Shown here: piece by piece, positions 9,229-19,124 of the stretch
How the letters are laid out: every line of letters begins with the position of its first letter
Numbering within the stretch: the first letter of the stretch is position 1
IMG/VR virus record: IMGVR_UViG_2524023228_000003
Location: 10,872 to 74,871 of that record
Length of the DNA: 64,000 nucleotides
DNA from: a virus
Lineage: Duplodnaviria; Caudoviricetes
Reading direction: 5' to 3' (one strand)
Position numbers and translations under genes: made by a program
The notes under the pieces: generated by a model
Databases searched by the model: none
Told to the model about the DNA's origin: nothing
Seen by the model: the letters and a program-made list of their open reading frames with translations, nothing else

Positions 9229-9734
9229 TAGGTCGCCTCGAAGTTATTGACGATCGTGGACGTCGAGGTCAGATCGTCCCCGTAGCGAGTCAGCTCCAGA
9301 GTGAAATCGATCTTGTGAGCGATGCCGATGGCGCCAATCTTCGACTCCGCGGTTCGCACTCGCCTGATGGCGTAGTTTCCAATCACCTCCGAGCCATAGC
9401 CGTCCGGATTGGTGAGCGGATAGAACCTCACGAGCAGCATCGGCTTGCCGGCGCGGCCGGCTAAACGCATGCGTTCAAGTGTGGAAATGCCACCGAAGTG
9501 ATAGGGGTACATGCGGCCCTCGATGACCACATTGTCCTCACCTGGACCAGTGAACTGCATCGCAGGATCGCGCGAGAGGCGATCGGCCGACGTCCAGGTG
9601 TATTGCGCGTCGCGCTGAATTGTCTCGAAGTTTGGGGTGTCGATGCCCTTCGACGGCACGTAGAAGAGGATCAGACCGGTCGCGTCGTTCGCATTGGGAT
9701 CCTGCGAGCCGAGACCAAGAAGAACGTCAGCCAT
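9228..9734 (-). CDS. Tail protein U (P2 gpU-like)
   Basis: QFTGPGED..IEGRMYP..G.P..L..IDFTLEL. Confidence 0.8.
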   Translation of the reverse strand: MADVLLGLGSQDPNANDATGLILFYVPSKGIDTPNFETIQRDAQYTWTSADRLSRDPAMQFTGPGEDNVVIEGRMYPYHFGGISTLERMRLAGRAGKPMLLVRFYPLTNPDGYGSEVIGNYAIRRVRTAESKIGAIGIAHKIDFTLELTRYGDDLTSTSTIVNNFEAT

Positions 9735-9792
9735 CTATTTCCTCTGAGGTTGGAGAAAGGACCCCGGCCCCGTAGGGCCAGGGTCAATTGCG

Positions 9793-12700
9793 TTAGGTGT
9801 ATTCGGACGCGGTATCGTGGGTCCGCCAGTTCATCGACTCGTCGATCCGGCGCTGCACCAGCGTCGCCAGCGCTTCCGGGTCGTGACTGCTGCCGTTGAT
9901 GTGGATCTGCACGGGACCGCCCGTTCCGCCCCGCATCTGGCCTGCGCCGAGCGAGGCCGGAGACTGGACCGGAGGCACATTCTTGATGGCGTCGCTCGCG
10001 GACGGGACGTCCTTCCACGGCTGCGTTCCGTTCCACTCGAAGTGCATCGGGTCGCGGAACCGCTTCGACCAGTCTCCACCCCATGACAGGCCGTATTTGG
10101 CCGCCATGTCCCGAACATTGTCGGGCATGTCCGTCCCGCCATACTGCGGGTTGGTGCCGGGGTTGATGTCGATCGCGTTGCCGTAGGCGTGCTGCGACCA
10201 GCCGGAGCTGCCGCGCTTCTGGCGCATGTTGAACCCGCCGAGCGAGTTCACCTTGTAGCCAGACGCTTCCAGCTCGTCGACAAAGCCCTTGAAGGACTCT
10301 GCCGCCGCCGCATTGACCGTGAACTTCTTGCCGGAGGCCGTCATGATGGTCTGTTGGTTTTGACCAACGCCGCCATACTGCCCCTTCATGAAGTTGGCCT
10401 TGCCGCGGAGGCCGAGCTTGTCAGCCAGACCTGGCGTCACACCGGCCGCAGCCGCAGCCGCACCCGAGCCGTCGCCCATCTGGTTCATGAAGCTCTGAAC
10501 GCCGGGCACCCAATGCCTGTTCAGTCCACGCGGGTCGTTGGCCGCCCCGATCGGAGCGTATTTGCTCCCCATCTTTCCGAGGTCGCCACCAGCCGCGTTC
10601 CAGTTCTTCGCGACGCTCTTCGCCGTCTGGTCGATGCCGGCATCGAGCGAGTTGAACTGCATCTTGGTTTTCCAGCCGGTGGCTGGATCCATGATGCCGC
10701 CAGGGTTGTTGCCTGACAGGAACTTGCCCTTGCCCGACTCCTGGGCCATGACGCCCGCGAGAAGTGACGGGCTGATGCCATTAGCCTTCGCTGCGTCGAC
10801 GATCTGGTCATACTTTCCAGCCAGAGGCGTTCCTGCGAACACCCTGTCAAAGCCAGACCGGCTCAGGCCGCCGCCAGACGAACCGCCGATCGACGGGATC
10901 TTGTCGCGACCGATGATGCTGCCGGCGCGCCCTACCCCGAAGTCAGGGAGAGCCGCGCCCGGGGTGCTCTTGAGCAGGCTGGGAACGCCTCCGACGAGGC
11001 CGCCGCCGCCAGACCCGACCAGACCGCGGCCGGAGCCGCCGCCCAGAGCTGCGTATTGCAGGCCGCCGGGTCCGTTGCTGATGAACGCCGCGCGCTCGAC
11101 CTTGCCCGTGAACTTGTTGAGGTTCTCGGACAGGTCGTCGATCGTGCCGCGTCGGCGTCCGGAGAAGTCAGTCGCTCCGCCGAAGCTCGTCGGCTGGAAC
11201 AGGGGATCTCCGCTCGGCTTGTAATTGCGCAGCTCCTTCAACTTGGACTCGCGCGCCCGGAAGTCCTTAACGGACTCGCCCGGTCGGCGAATGTGAGAGT
11301 CGCTGACCGCTGCATCAGAGGCCGCAGCTGCACCAACGCCGAGGAGCGCCAGGATGCCCGGGATACCCGTGATCTTCAGGAGAAGGCCACCAATTCCCTT
11401 CACGAACGTGACGATGCCTTCGAGATAACCGGCCACAGTCCCGATTGCCTTCAGGGCTGCTACCAACTCAATGAGCTGAGCGGTGAACTTGCCCCAAGAC
11501 TCGGGGTCGCCCTCCTTGCCTCCGAATGCCTTGAAAACCGCGGTCATCATGCCGCCGATCATCTTGGCCGCACGGCTAATCTCGCCGACAAACCCCTTCA
11601 CAAAGCCGAAGACTTCCTTCGCGTAGCCCTTTGCAGTCGTGGGATCGCCGAAGGCCGCCTTGAGCATATCGGACCAGCTGTTGAAGCCCATGCCGGCGAC
11701 CAGTCCGTCCGTAAACGCCTCGACGGTATTGGTGATCTTCGACGTGTCGATCCGGCCCAGATAATCTGTGAAGAACGCAGAGATCTGGGTGAATGCCTTC
11801 TCAAACCCCGCGCCTACCGACTCCCACACGAGAGTCATGGCAGAAACGAAGGACTTCCATCGCCCGGCGAGCGATTTCAGCTTTTCATCGCTGATCTTGT
11901 CGAGCGTGTCTGCATTCTTGGGATCGCGGATTTCCTTGAGAGTGCGTCGAATGTCGTCGCGAACCTGAACGAAGGTTTGCAGCTCGTCTCGCCATTCGCG
12001 CATGCCGAGCAGCGTTGCAATCTGCGACTGCTTCTCCTCCGACATCGTGCCCATCTTGTCGAAGATCTGGAGCAGCGTTTCGGTCGGATTCGCCGCCATC
12101 TTGGCCGACATCGCTTGCCGACCACCAAGGCCGAGCATATTCGCAGCCTTGCCGAGGTCCTTTGCTCGCTGACCCCTGGCATACTTTCCGCCAACGAGTT
12201 CGTTGACGATAAAGCCGATGAAGGTACCCGTCTTGCTCGAAGGCAGGCCAGCCGAAATGCCGGGACCTGTAAACGCGGGCAGCTCATTTGGATCCAGCTT
12301 CGAAGATGCAAACGCACCGGATGCCCGCCGGTTGGCCGCGATAATTTCATTCGGGTCCGCCGCGGTCGCAATACCGGCAACGGCCACCGAGTTGAGCATC
12401 TTCTTCAGTTTCTCAGGATTGAGGTTGCTCATATCCTGAGTGAGGGTCGCCAATCGAGTTGCGAACCTGGTAGTCTCCTTCAGATCGAGGTCGAGGCCTG
12501 CTCCGGCCTTGAGGATCGTGTCTGTGACGGCCTGCGCCTTGTCCTGCGGAATGCCCGCCTTGCGAACTTCGGTGAATGAGTCGAGCATCTGGTCGGGCGC
12601 CATGCCATACCTGATCGCGGCACGATTACCGTAGGACCGACGAAATTCCTTGACCTGCTCCTGGCTCATTTCGGCGAACATTCTCATGTTCGTCTCGGCC

Positions 12701-13383
12701 GTATCGATCTTCATGCGCGTGCGGAACGCGCTGACGCCTGCGTAACCGGTTGCTGCAGCAGCGGCAGCAGCATAGGGTGCTGCGCTACTGCCGAAGTTGG
12801 CCGCCATTCCCATGCTGCGCATCGCGTCACGTCGCATGCGGCTGAGGTTGCTTACATGGGTGCGCTGACGGCGCTCCTCATTCCTGAGGTGGGCAGCCTC
12901 CAGGTTGGAGAGCTGCTCGGTGACGCGCCGATGCATCGCTAGGCGGTCATCGTTGGTCTTGTTGTAGAGATATTTGAAGGCGACCGCGTTCTTGTATTCG
13001 TTTCGCAGCTGCTTCTCGATGTTTGCAGCCATCGTCTTCGACCCTCGCTTGTGCGAGTTCACGAGTTGCTCGTGCTGGTCCTTCAGATCCCTGATCCGAT
13101 TGGTGAGCTTGCCCCAGGACAGCTGCGCACGTTCCGTATGGACGCCGTTTGCCTTCGCCCAATCGTAGTGCTTCTTCGTCAGGCCATTGAGCGAGCGCCC
13201 CATCTTGTTGGCGGCCTTGACGTAGTTCTCCATCGGGATGGATTCGATGCTGGAGCCGGCCTTGCCGAGCTTCTTCATCTGCTCTTCGAGACTCTTGATC
13301 TTGGCCAAGAGCTTCACGACGGTCGGGGACAGCTTATCCTCGCCCGTAAGGCGTGCCCTGATGTCGAGATTGTTGTCGGACAT
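9793..13383 (-). CDS. Tape measure protein with C-terminal glucosaminidase-like and M15 peptidase domains
   Basis: Long helical protein after the chaperones; AQESG..NNPGGI..YAPIGAANDP..HWVPGV; SQHAYGNAIDINP..GLSWGGDW..DPMHFEW. Confidence 0.9.
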   Translation of the reverse strand: MSDNNLDIRARLTGEDKLSPTVVKLLAKIKSLEEQMKKLGKAGSSIESIPMENYVKAANKMGRSLNGLTKKHYDWAKANGVHTERAQLSWGKLTNRIRDLKDQHEQLVNSHKRGSKTMAANIEKQLRNEYKNAVAFKYLYNKTNDDRLAMHRRVTEQLSNLEAAHLRNEERRQRTHVSNLSRMRRDAMRSMGMAANFGSSAAPYAAAAAAATGYAGVSAFRTRMKIDTAETNMRMFAEMSQEQVKEFRRSYGNRAAIRYGMAPDQMLDSFTEVRKAGIPQDKAQAVTDTILKAGAGLDLDLKETTRFATRLATLTQDMSNLNPEKLKKMLNSVAVAGIATAADPNEIIAANRRASGAFASSKLDPNELPAFTGPGISAGLPSSKTGTFIGFIVNELVGGKYARGQRAKDLGKAANMLGLGGRQAMSAKMAANPTETLLQIFDKMGTMSEEKQSQIATLLGMREWRDELQTFVQVRDDIRRTLKEIRDPKNADTLDKISDEKLKSLAGRWKSFVSAMTLVWESVGAGFEKAFTQISAFFTDYLGRIDTSKITNTVEAFTDGLVAGMGFNSWSDMLKAAFGDPTTAKGYAKEVFGFVKGFVGEISRAAKMIGGMMTAVFKAFGGKEGDPESWGKFTAQLIELVAALKAIGTVAGYLEGIVTFVKGIGGLLLKITGIPGILALLGVGAAAASDAAVSDSHIRRPGESVKDFRARESKLKELRNYKPSGDPLFQPTSFGGATDFSGRRRGTIDDLSENLNKFTGKVERAAFISNGPGGLQYAALGGGSGRGLVGSGGGGLVGGVPSLLKSTPGAALPDFGVGRAGSIIGRDKIPSIGGSSGGGLSRSGFDRVFAGTPLAGKYDQIVDAAKANGISPSLLAGVMAQESGKGKFLSGNNPGGIMDPATGWKTKMQFNSLDAGIDQTAKSVAKNWNAAGGDLGKMGSKYAPIGAANDPRGLNRHWVPGVQSFMNQMGDGSGAAAAAAGVTPGLADKLGLRGKANFMKGQYGGVGQNQQTIMTASGKKFTVNAAAAESFKGFVDELEASGYKVNSLGGFNMRQKRGSSGWSQHAYGNAIDINPGTNPQYGGTDMPDNVRDMAAKYGLSWGGDWSKRFRDPMHFEWNGTQPWKDVPSASDAIKNVPPVQSPASLGAGQMRGGTGGPVQIHINGSSHDPEALATLVQRRIDESMNWRTHDTASEYT

Positions 13384-13421
13384 TGCCGCTCCCCGAGAGT
13401 CAAAAAAAATGGGGCCCAGGG

Positions 13422-13625
13422 CTATTTGTTGCCCTGAGCCTGCGCACGTAGTCTTGCTATCTCCTCGGCGTCTCGCTCGTTTAGCGCCTTGACGCCGTCA
13501 GATATGACGCAGAAGTCATCCCATTCCAACGCCTCCACGTCTCCGAGCGTCCAGTGGAAGCGCTCGAAGATCGGGAAGCTGTCGATTAGGATTCGCTGGA
13601 TTCGCCCGACATGAGTTCCAAAAAA
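13422..13625 (-). CDS. Tail assembly chaperone -1 frameshift extension (gpE'-like)
   Basis: FHWTLGDVEALEWDDF motif in the -1 frame after T TTT TTG at 13619-13625. Confidence 0.75.
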   Translation of the reverse strand, partial: FFGTHVGRIQRILIDSFPIFERFHWTLGDVEALEWDDFCVISDGVKALNERDAEEIARLRAQAQGNK

Positions 13626-13879
13626 TGCTCGAACCATGCCTTCATGGGAGCGAAGTCTTCGGAGTCGATCTCGGCGATGATGGTGTTGTCGACCTCAAAC
13701 AGGTCTGCCAGCACCTTCTCCATCGCGCTCATGCCGTCCTTCTCGACACCCTTGATGAAGTTGCGGATGTCACGAACCTTCGGGCGACGAGCATTGAACT
13801 CGGTGTAGTTCGCGCCGCGGAACTCGAACGGAAACTTGAGCGGGAAATTCTTCTTCTCGATAGCCATAGTGGTTTGCAC
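13586..13879 (-). CDS. Tail assembly chaperone (gpE/gp41-like)
   Basis: RRPKVRD..IAEIDSEDF; lies between tube and tape measure. Confidence 0.8.
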   Translation of the reverse strand: MQTTMAIEKKNFPLKFPFEFRGANYTEFNARRPKVRDIRNFIKGVEKDGMSAMEKVLADLFEVDNTIIAEIDSEDFAPMKAWFEHFLELMSGESSES

Positions 13880-13899
13880 GCCTTGTCTTGCACAGAAAG

Positions 13900-13929
13900 A
13901 AAAAAGGCCCCGCCGGTTAGGGCGAGGCC
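13900..13929 (-). terminator. Intrinsic terminator after the tail tube gene
   Basis: GC hairpin followed by a T-run. Confidence 0.65.
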
Positions 13930-13956
13930 AGTTGGGGTGATCTCTCTGACGTCACC

Positions 13957-14481
13957 TTAGTAGGTGAAGCCGAGGATCCGTCGAGCGTTTGCGCTCTGGT
14001 CGGTGCCGCCGATGTTCGTGATCTTGTTGAACACGTCGATTTCGGTGACGGTGACGCCGTTGATCTCGTGCCGGTAGTAGTTGGCACAGAGGTTGACGGT
14101 CATCTCAGCCTTCTTGCCGGCCTCGACTTTGCTCGTCTTGATCGCCTTGATCAGCGAGTGGGTTTCGATGATGACGCCCTTCTCGGCGCCGCTTGCCGAC
14201 AGCAGGTAGCCGCGGAAGGTGACGGGAACGTCGAGCGAGCCCGGGCCGTAGCCGAGGTTCTGCCAGATCTGCTCGTCCCAGACGTGCAGATCGATGTCGA
14301 ACTCGATCTTTTCGATGCCCATCGGGATTTCGATGGTGCCGTCCATACCACCACCACGGAACTCTTCCGTCTGGATGTTGATCTCGGGCGGCTGGAAGTT
14401 CGGCGCTTCGCCGATCTTGCCGATGTCGTCGATCCAGACCGTGAAGTCCTGGAAAATGTTGGAGTCGCGAAGATTTGCCAT
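13957..14481 (-). CDS. Contractile tail tube protein (P2 FII-like)
   Basis: EEFRGGGMDG..MGIEKIE..NYYRHEING..EIDV.N. Confidence 0.92.
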   Translation of the reverse strand: MANLRDSNIFQDFTVWIDDIGKIGEAPNFQPPEINIQTEEFRGGGMDGTIEIPMGIEKIEFDIDLHVWDEQIWQNLGYGPGSLDVPVTFRGYLLSASGAEKGVIIETHSLIKAIKTSKVEAGKKAEMTVNLCANYYRHEINGVTVTEIDVFNKITNIGGTDQSANARRILGFTY

Positions 14482-14577
14482 TGATGTCTCCGGCCATGCC
14501 AGAGCGCGCCCGATCCCGAAGGACCGAGCGGCTCGTGACTAGCTGTGTTGTGGGTGATTGCTGCGGAGAGCCGCGCG

Positions 14578-16017
14578 TTAGCCGTTGTTGGCGATCGTGC
14601 GGTTGAACTCTTCGATGAAGTCCGTGTAGTAGTTCGGATTTCGCGAAGCGCGGAACTGCAGATGCTCCAAGCAGGCCGGGGGCTCGAGATCGAAGTCCAC
14701 CGTCAGCTCACCGGCCGAGAAGGTCGCGGCGGTGTTGACGGTCGGGTCGATCCAGCACTTGCCTCCGATCAGCGCGCCGCGGGAGCGGAGCAGACGGAGG
14801 TACTTGTTGACGTCGCCCTGGATGCCGGCGAGCAGCTGGAGGCTGAACGGCTTGTCGAGGCGCGAGCGCTCAGCGCGCTCCAGGCTCTCGTAGACCATGT
14901 CGGCCGTGCGGCGCACGGACAGCTGAGCCCACAGCGGGTCGGTGCCGGTGCCGCGGAGGCCCCAGAACCGGAAACCGTCATCGTGGATGATGGTCGTGAC
15001 CTGCTGGCTGTTCAGCTGGTTGGCTTCGCAGTCGCGGTCGTTGACCATGAAGTCCACCGGACGGGCGGGGCCGCCGATGTTCTGGATCAGCTCGTTCGAG
15101 AACGAGTACCAGAAGCCCTTCTCCTCATCGATACGAGCCTGGATGCCGGCCGCGTAGGCGGAGGCGGGCTTCGTCACGTAGATGGAGTTCTCGGTGTCCC
15201 AGCTCAGAACGCCGGGGTCGACGAACGAGATGCGCTGGCTGCCGTAGTCCTGACGGTACTGGACGGCGTCCTCGTACGAGGTGCCGGGACCGTCGAGGAA
15301 GGCCACCGCACGCAGGCGGTCGACGATGGAGGCCAGTGCAACACCAACCGGGTTGGCGACGTGGCCGAGGGTTGCGGTGACCGCGGCGCCCGTGCCGGCG
15401 CCCGTGACGGTCACGGCCGGAGCAGCGCCCGTGTAGCCGTAGCCCGGGTCGGTGATGACTACGCCAGTCAGCTTGCCGCCGACCACCTGCGGTACCGCCT
15501 TGGCCGTGCGACCACCGGCCGGAGGCGCGGCGATGCTGATGGACGTGGTGGCGAGAACGTAGCCGTCGCCTTCGTCGCCGATCACCAGGTTGGCGACACC
15601 GTTGGTCGGGCGGCCAGACGTGTGGCCCGGGGCGACCAGCAGCTTCGGGATGAGGCCGAGCATCGGACGCGCCTTGAGCAGCGACCAGACGCCGGTCTTG
15701 CCGCTGGGCGAGCCAACAGCGTTCGACCAGGTCTCTTCCTGGCTCTGGCCTTCGGAGACACGGACCACAACCACGACAGCCGACTTCTGGCTGTAGATCG
15801 CGTCGATGCCGTCGAGCAGCGTGCCCGTGGATTTCAGCTGACCCGCCTTCAGTGCGTCGGCAAACACCGGCACCGGAGTGTTGAGCGGGAAGAGATCCGG
15901 GTCAGCGTCCGGCGCCGTGCCGACCAAGCCGATCACGTTCGACTTGACGGTCTCGACCGGTCCGGAGGGGCTATCGAGTTCGATCGTCTCGATGCCGTGG
16001 AGGTATTGAACAGTCAC
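14578..16017 (-). CDS. Contractile tail sheath protein (P2 FI-like)
   Basis: YLHGIETIE..VIGLVGTAPDAD..PKLLVAP..GFRFWG.R..VRRTAD; GTG start 16017. Confidence 0.93.
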   Translation of the reverse strand: MTVQYLHGIETIELDSPSGPVETVKSNVIGLVGTAPDADPDLFPLNTPVPVFADALKAGQLKSTGTLLDGIDAIYSQKSAVVVVVRVSEGQSQEETWSNAVGSPSGKTGVWSLLKARPMLGLIPKLLVAPGHTSGRPTNGVANLVIGDEGDGYVLATTSISIAAPPAGGRTAKAVPQVVGGKLTGVVITDPGYGYTGAAPAVTVTGAGTGAAVTATLGHVANPVGVALASIVDRLRAVAFLDGPGTSYEDAVQYRQDYGSQRISFVDPGVLSWDTENSIYVTKPASAYAAGIQARIDEEKGFWYSFSNELIQNIGGPARPVDFMVNDRDCEANQLNSQQVTTIIHDDGFRFWGLRGTGTDPLWAQLSVRRTADMVYESLERAERSRLDKPFSLQLLAGIQGDVNKYLRLLRSRGALIGGKCWIDPTVNTAATFSAGELTVDFDLEPPACLEHLQFRASRNPNYYTDFIEEFNRTIANNG

Positions 16018-16034
16018 GTATGGTTCTCCCAAAC

Positions 16035-16062
16035 AAAAAAGCCGCCCCGGATGGAGCGGCTT
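16035..16062 (-). terminator. Intrinsic terminator before the sheath gene
   Basis: AAGCCGC..GCGGCTT stem followed by T6. Confidence 0.65.
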
Positions 16063-16089
16063 GGAGGGTTGGATTTGGTTGTTGCGGGG

Positions 16090-16704
16090 TTAGGCGAAGG
16101 CGGCGTCGATTTCCGCTTTCGCGGCGATCGTTCCGTCAGCGATCTTGCTGTCGATCTCGGCCTCCTTGTCGAAGGTCGTCTGCACGAACGTCGCCATCTC
16201 CCGAGAGATTGCAACGAGTGCTGCGCGATCGAGGGAGACGAAGCCGGCCGGAGATTTCCAGTTGATCGGCTCAGTCACGATCTGCAGGTCGATCGACTGG
16301 ATGCTCTGGGCGATGAGTGCCCGCGTGTCGCGATCCGTGTAGAGGAAGCCGTAGGTCGGTGAGACCGTCCCGCCGACTTCCTTGGCGTACCGCTTCGAAG
16401 CCGCATAGGCCTTCAGATCGTCTTTGGTCGGAGGCGGAGGCTGGATCAAGTCCAGCACCTGCTTGATCACTCCGTCCGACCCCTTCTCGAAGTGATATCC
16501 GGAGATCGAGACCTCCGGGTCGGTGGGCAGAGCCGCAGGCTCCACCCTGAAAACGCCGATGGCGTTCAGGTCCGTTTCATCCCAAAGCTCGATGCATTGG
16601 TATGGATGAATTGCTTCGTCAGATCCGGTGAACGAGGCTCCGTAAGGGATCTCAAGAAAACCGTCCTGACCGTTGTCTTTTACATAGAGCAAGGTCAACT
16701 CCAA
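16090..16704 (-). CDS. DUF4376-like tail fibre-associated protein
   Basis: LKAYAASKRYAKEVGG..TDRDT..WK...GFV.LD..FDKEAE pattern. Confidence 0.65.
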   Translation of the reverse strand: MELTLLYVKDNGQDGFLEIPYGASFTGSDEAIHPYQCIELWDETDLNAIGVFRVEPAALPTDPEVSISGYHFEKGSDGVIKQVLDLIQPPPPTKDDLKAYAASKRYAKEVGGTVSPTYGFLYTDRDTRALIAQSIQSIDLQIVTEPINWKSPAGFVSLDRAALVAISREMATFVQTTFDKEAEIDSKIADGTIAAKAEIDAAFA

Positions 16705-17405
16705 TTGACAGAGACGGATCCATTGCCGCCGCCGATGCCGTTTGTGCCGCCTCCGGGCGTTGCGCCAGCCGCGCCACCCTGTCCGACGACGATTGTCACA
16801 GTGCGGCCGAAGAGATAGGCGAAGTTCGTCCAGTCAAGGTGCGAGACCGCCTGGCCTCCGTTGCCGCCCCAACCGCCGTACGAGGTGACAAAGCCGCCGA
16901 CTGCCGGGCTGTAGCAGTTCGGGTTGAATCCGTACGTTCCGGCAGCTGCGCCGCCGCCGGTATTGTTGGTCCAGTTTCCGCCAGTGCCTGTGCCGGCCGA
17001 AGATTGCGGCACCTGACCGCCCTGGTATGTGGTGTGAAACCAGTCACCTCCGGTGTTGCCGGCGCCTCCGCCAGCATTCAACGTGAGGCCAGAGATCGCA
17101 TCCCTGAACTGCGAGAAGCCGCCAGGGTTCGAGTTGCCTCCGAGAAGGTACGTGTAGTTGGGCGTCGTCCCGCTCGACCCGCCCACGCCGACACCAGGCC
17201 CGACGCCGCCTCCCGCCACGTTGTCCTGGTCGTAGTAGTGGCAAGCTCCACTGCCGCCACCAGCCGCCCCCTTCACGTCAACAATGAGCATGTTGAACCG
17301 GGGGATGACGAGATTGTAGGTCCCGGGCGTGTTGTAGATGATGCCGCCCGTGATGACGCGCGGCGGCACGCCCAGAACCCTTCGGTTCGGAAGGATCAAA
17401 GGCAT
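16695..17405 (-). CDS. Glycine-rich tail fibre-associated protein
   Basis: GAAGGG..TIVVGQGG..GGNGSVSVNW glycine-rich domain. Confidence 0.65.
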   Translation of the reverse strand: MPLILPNRRVLGVPPRVITGGIIYNTPGTYNLVIPRFNMLIVDVKGAAGGGSGACHYYDQDNVAGGGVGPGVGVGGSSGTTPNYTYLLGGNSNPGGFSQFRDAISGLTLNAGGGAGNTGGDWFHTTYQGGQVPQSSAGTGTGGNWTNNTGGGAAAGTYGFNPNCYSPAVGGFVTSYGGWGGNGGQAVSHLDWTNFAYLFGRTVTIVVGQGGAAGATPGGGTNGIGGGNGSVSVNWS

Positions 17406-17462
17406 CCGAAAACTCCTGAAAGAGAAGCCCGGCCGATCACGAAGACCAGCCGGGCGAAGGTG

Positions 17463-18929
17463 TTAGTACGGCTTCCAGGCCGCAGCCATCCACTGGCCGG
17501 CGGCGATGCTGTAAGTCGCACTGACGATCAGAGAGGCATTGTTTGCGCCAGCGTAGACCGCAGGAGCAACACCATCAGGGAATCGCCACAACGCAGCCCA
17601 CGACACCGTGCGATTGCCGGTGGCGTCCTGAGCGAAGAGCAGTTCCAACACCTGGCCATCCTTTGGGTTCAAAGGCGCCGCGACGGTGATGTTGCCGGCC
17701 AGCGTGATAAACTGACGGCTCCCATTGTTCATGTCGATGGTGAGCGTTCCCGCCCCGACAGATCCAACGGGATAGAATGCCGCCGCCGAATAGGCGTTGG
17801 CGACGTTGATGACTCCGGAGCCTGTGCCACTCTTCATGTTGGCAACTGTGGCGATGCTGTCGCCCGTCAGCACTGGCTTCCATGCACCCCACGTTCCGGC
17901 CGCGAGAACGCGGCAGTACGCATTGACGGTCGAGTTGGTGTCGAGCTGAACGGCCCGCTGCATCACGTAGTTCTCAAGATCCTGCCCGTAAGCCTGGACT
18001 TGCAGATACCAGAATGTTCCAACGGTGCCCGGCGCATTCTTGCCGGCAATGGTCGGCTGCGAGGAGTAGTAGGTCCCCTCGTCCGTAAGAGTGTTCCAGT
18101 CCGTGGCGGCTGGAACGGCCTGCTGCCAGAAGATCCCGAGGTTCTTCCGCGCCAGATCTCGCGGCGCTACGCCGAGGTTCTGCGCGATGAGGTACGAAAC
18201 GAAGGTCGCGTTGTTCACAGCCTTCGTGGCGTAGTTCGTCGGATCCCACGTCTGCGCATTCAGGGCCGATTGAGCAGCCGCGTCGCGAGCCGCCAGAGTG
18301 TCCGTCTTCGCCTGGGCGATCGATGCCCGGTCAGCAGCGGCCTGAGCCGCGCTGGTCGCTGCGTCGCCCTTGTACTGCAGGGCGGTGTCGCGGGCAGCCT
18401 TGGTATCGTTGAGCATCTGCTCAACAGCCTTTGAGACGGCCGAGCCGACGTAGATGATCCAGTCGCTGTGAGGGCCGGGATTGCCGAAGATCTGAACCGG
18501 CTGCACGGTGAGCTGGCCAGACACATGGTCGAAATCGACGGTCCTGGCGAAAGCGTAGTCCGTCTGGTTCGCCTCCCGCACAATGGTCACGAACGGCGAA
18601 GGCGCGAACAGCTCGCGCTCCGCCTGGTCCGGGATCGAGAACACCTGCGTGGTGTTGGTGTCGAGAGTGACGGTTGAGAAGGAGTGAGCGAGCAAGAACC
18701 CCTGCTCGCTCACCAGTGCGATCTTGTCCAGGGCTGGCGCCAGGACGAGGTCGAGGCGGTTGAGGGCGAGGCCCTCAACGTAAGCCGTCAGACCGCCGAT
18801 TGCGTCGAGTCCGTCCTCGTTGGAGGAAACTCGGCGATCGATGTCCTCGAAGCGCCGGTTCCAATAGTCGGGGTCGCCGAGGTTATCCCTCGCCTTCACC
18901 CTGTAGAACTGGTCGAACCGACGCGGCAT
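17463..18929 (-). CDS. Tail fibre protein (knob-like domain)
   Basis: Ala-rich shaft, DWNTLTDEGTYY..WGAWK knob motif, LTIDMNNG..QDATGNRTVSW C-terminus. Confidence 0.75.
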   Translation of the reverse strand: MPRRFDQFYRVKARDNLGDPDYWNRRFEDIDRRVSSNEDGLDAIGGLTAYVEGLALNRLDLVLAPALDKIALVSEQGFLLAHSFSTVTLDTNTTQVFSIPDQAERELFAPSPFVTIVREANQTDYAFARTVDFDHVSGQLTVQPVQIFGNPGPHSDWIIYVGSAVSKAVEQMLNDTKAARDTALQYKGDAATSAAQAAADRASIAQAKTDTLAARDAAAQSALNAQTWDPTNYATKAVNNATFVSYLIAQNLGVAPRDLARKNLGIFWQQAVPAATDWNTLTDEGTYYSSQPTIAGKNAPGTVGTFWYLQVQAYGQDLENYVMQRAVQLDTNSTVNAYCRVLAAGTWGAWKPVLTGDSIATVANMKSGTGSGVINVANAYSAAAFYPVGSVGAGTLTIDMNNGSRQFITLAGNITVAAPLNPKDGQVLELLFAQDATGNRTVSWAALWRFPDGVAPAVYAGANNASLIVSATYSIAAGQWMAAAWKPY

Positions 18930-18932
18930 TGC

Positions 18933-19115
18933 TTAGACCTCTTCGAAGCCGATGATCGCGTCGCCGAAACCGGCGATGGCGCTTCCCTCGATGATCACCT
19001 CGTGATCGAAGGGACGACCGTAGATGCCCGGAGCCACTTCGATGGCGCGAGCCAGCTTGACGCGGTAGCGCTTCGCCGGATCGGGCTGCGGTCCCGCGGG
19101 GGTTTCGTCTGCCAT
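18933..19115 (-). CDS. Small tail-region hypothetical protein
   Basis: Tight packing within the operon. Confidence 0.6.
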   Translation of the reverse strand: MADETPAGPQPDPAKRYRVKLARAIEVAPGIYGRPFDHEVIIEGSAIAGFGDAIIGFEEV

Positions 19116-19124
19116 GTTGACCTC

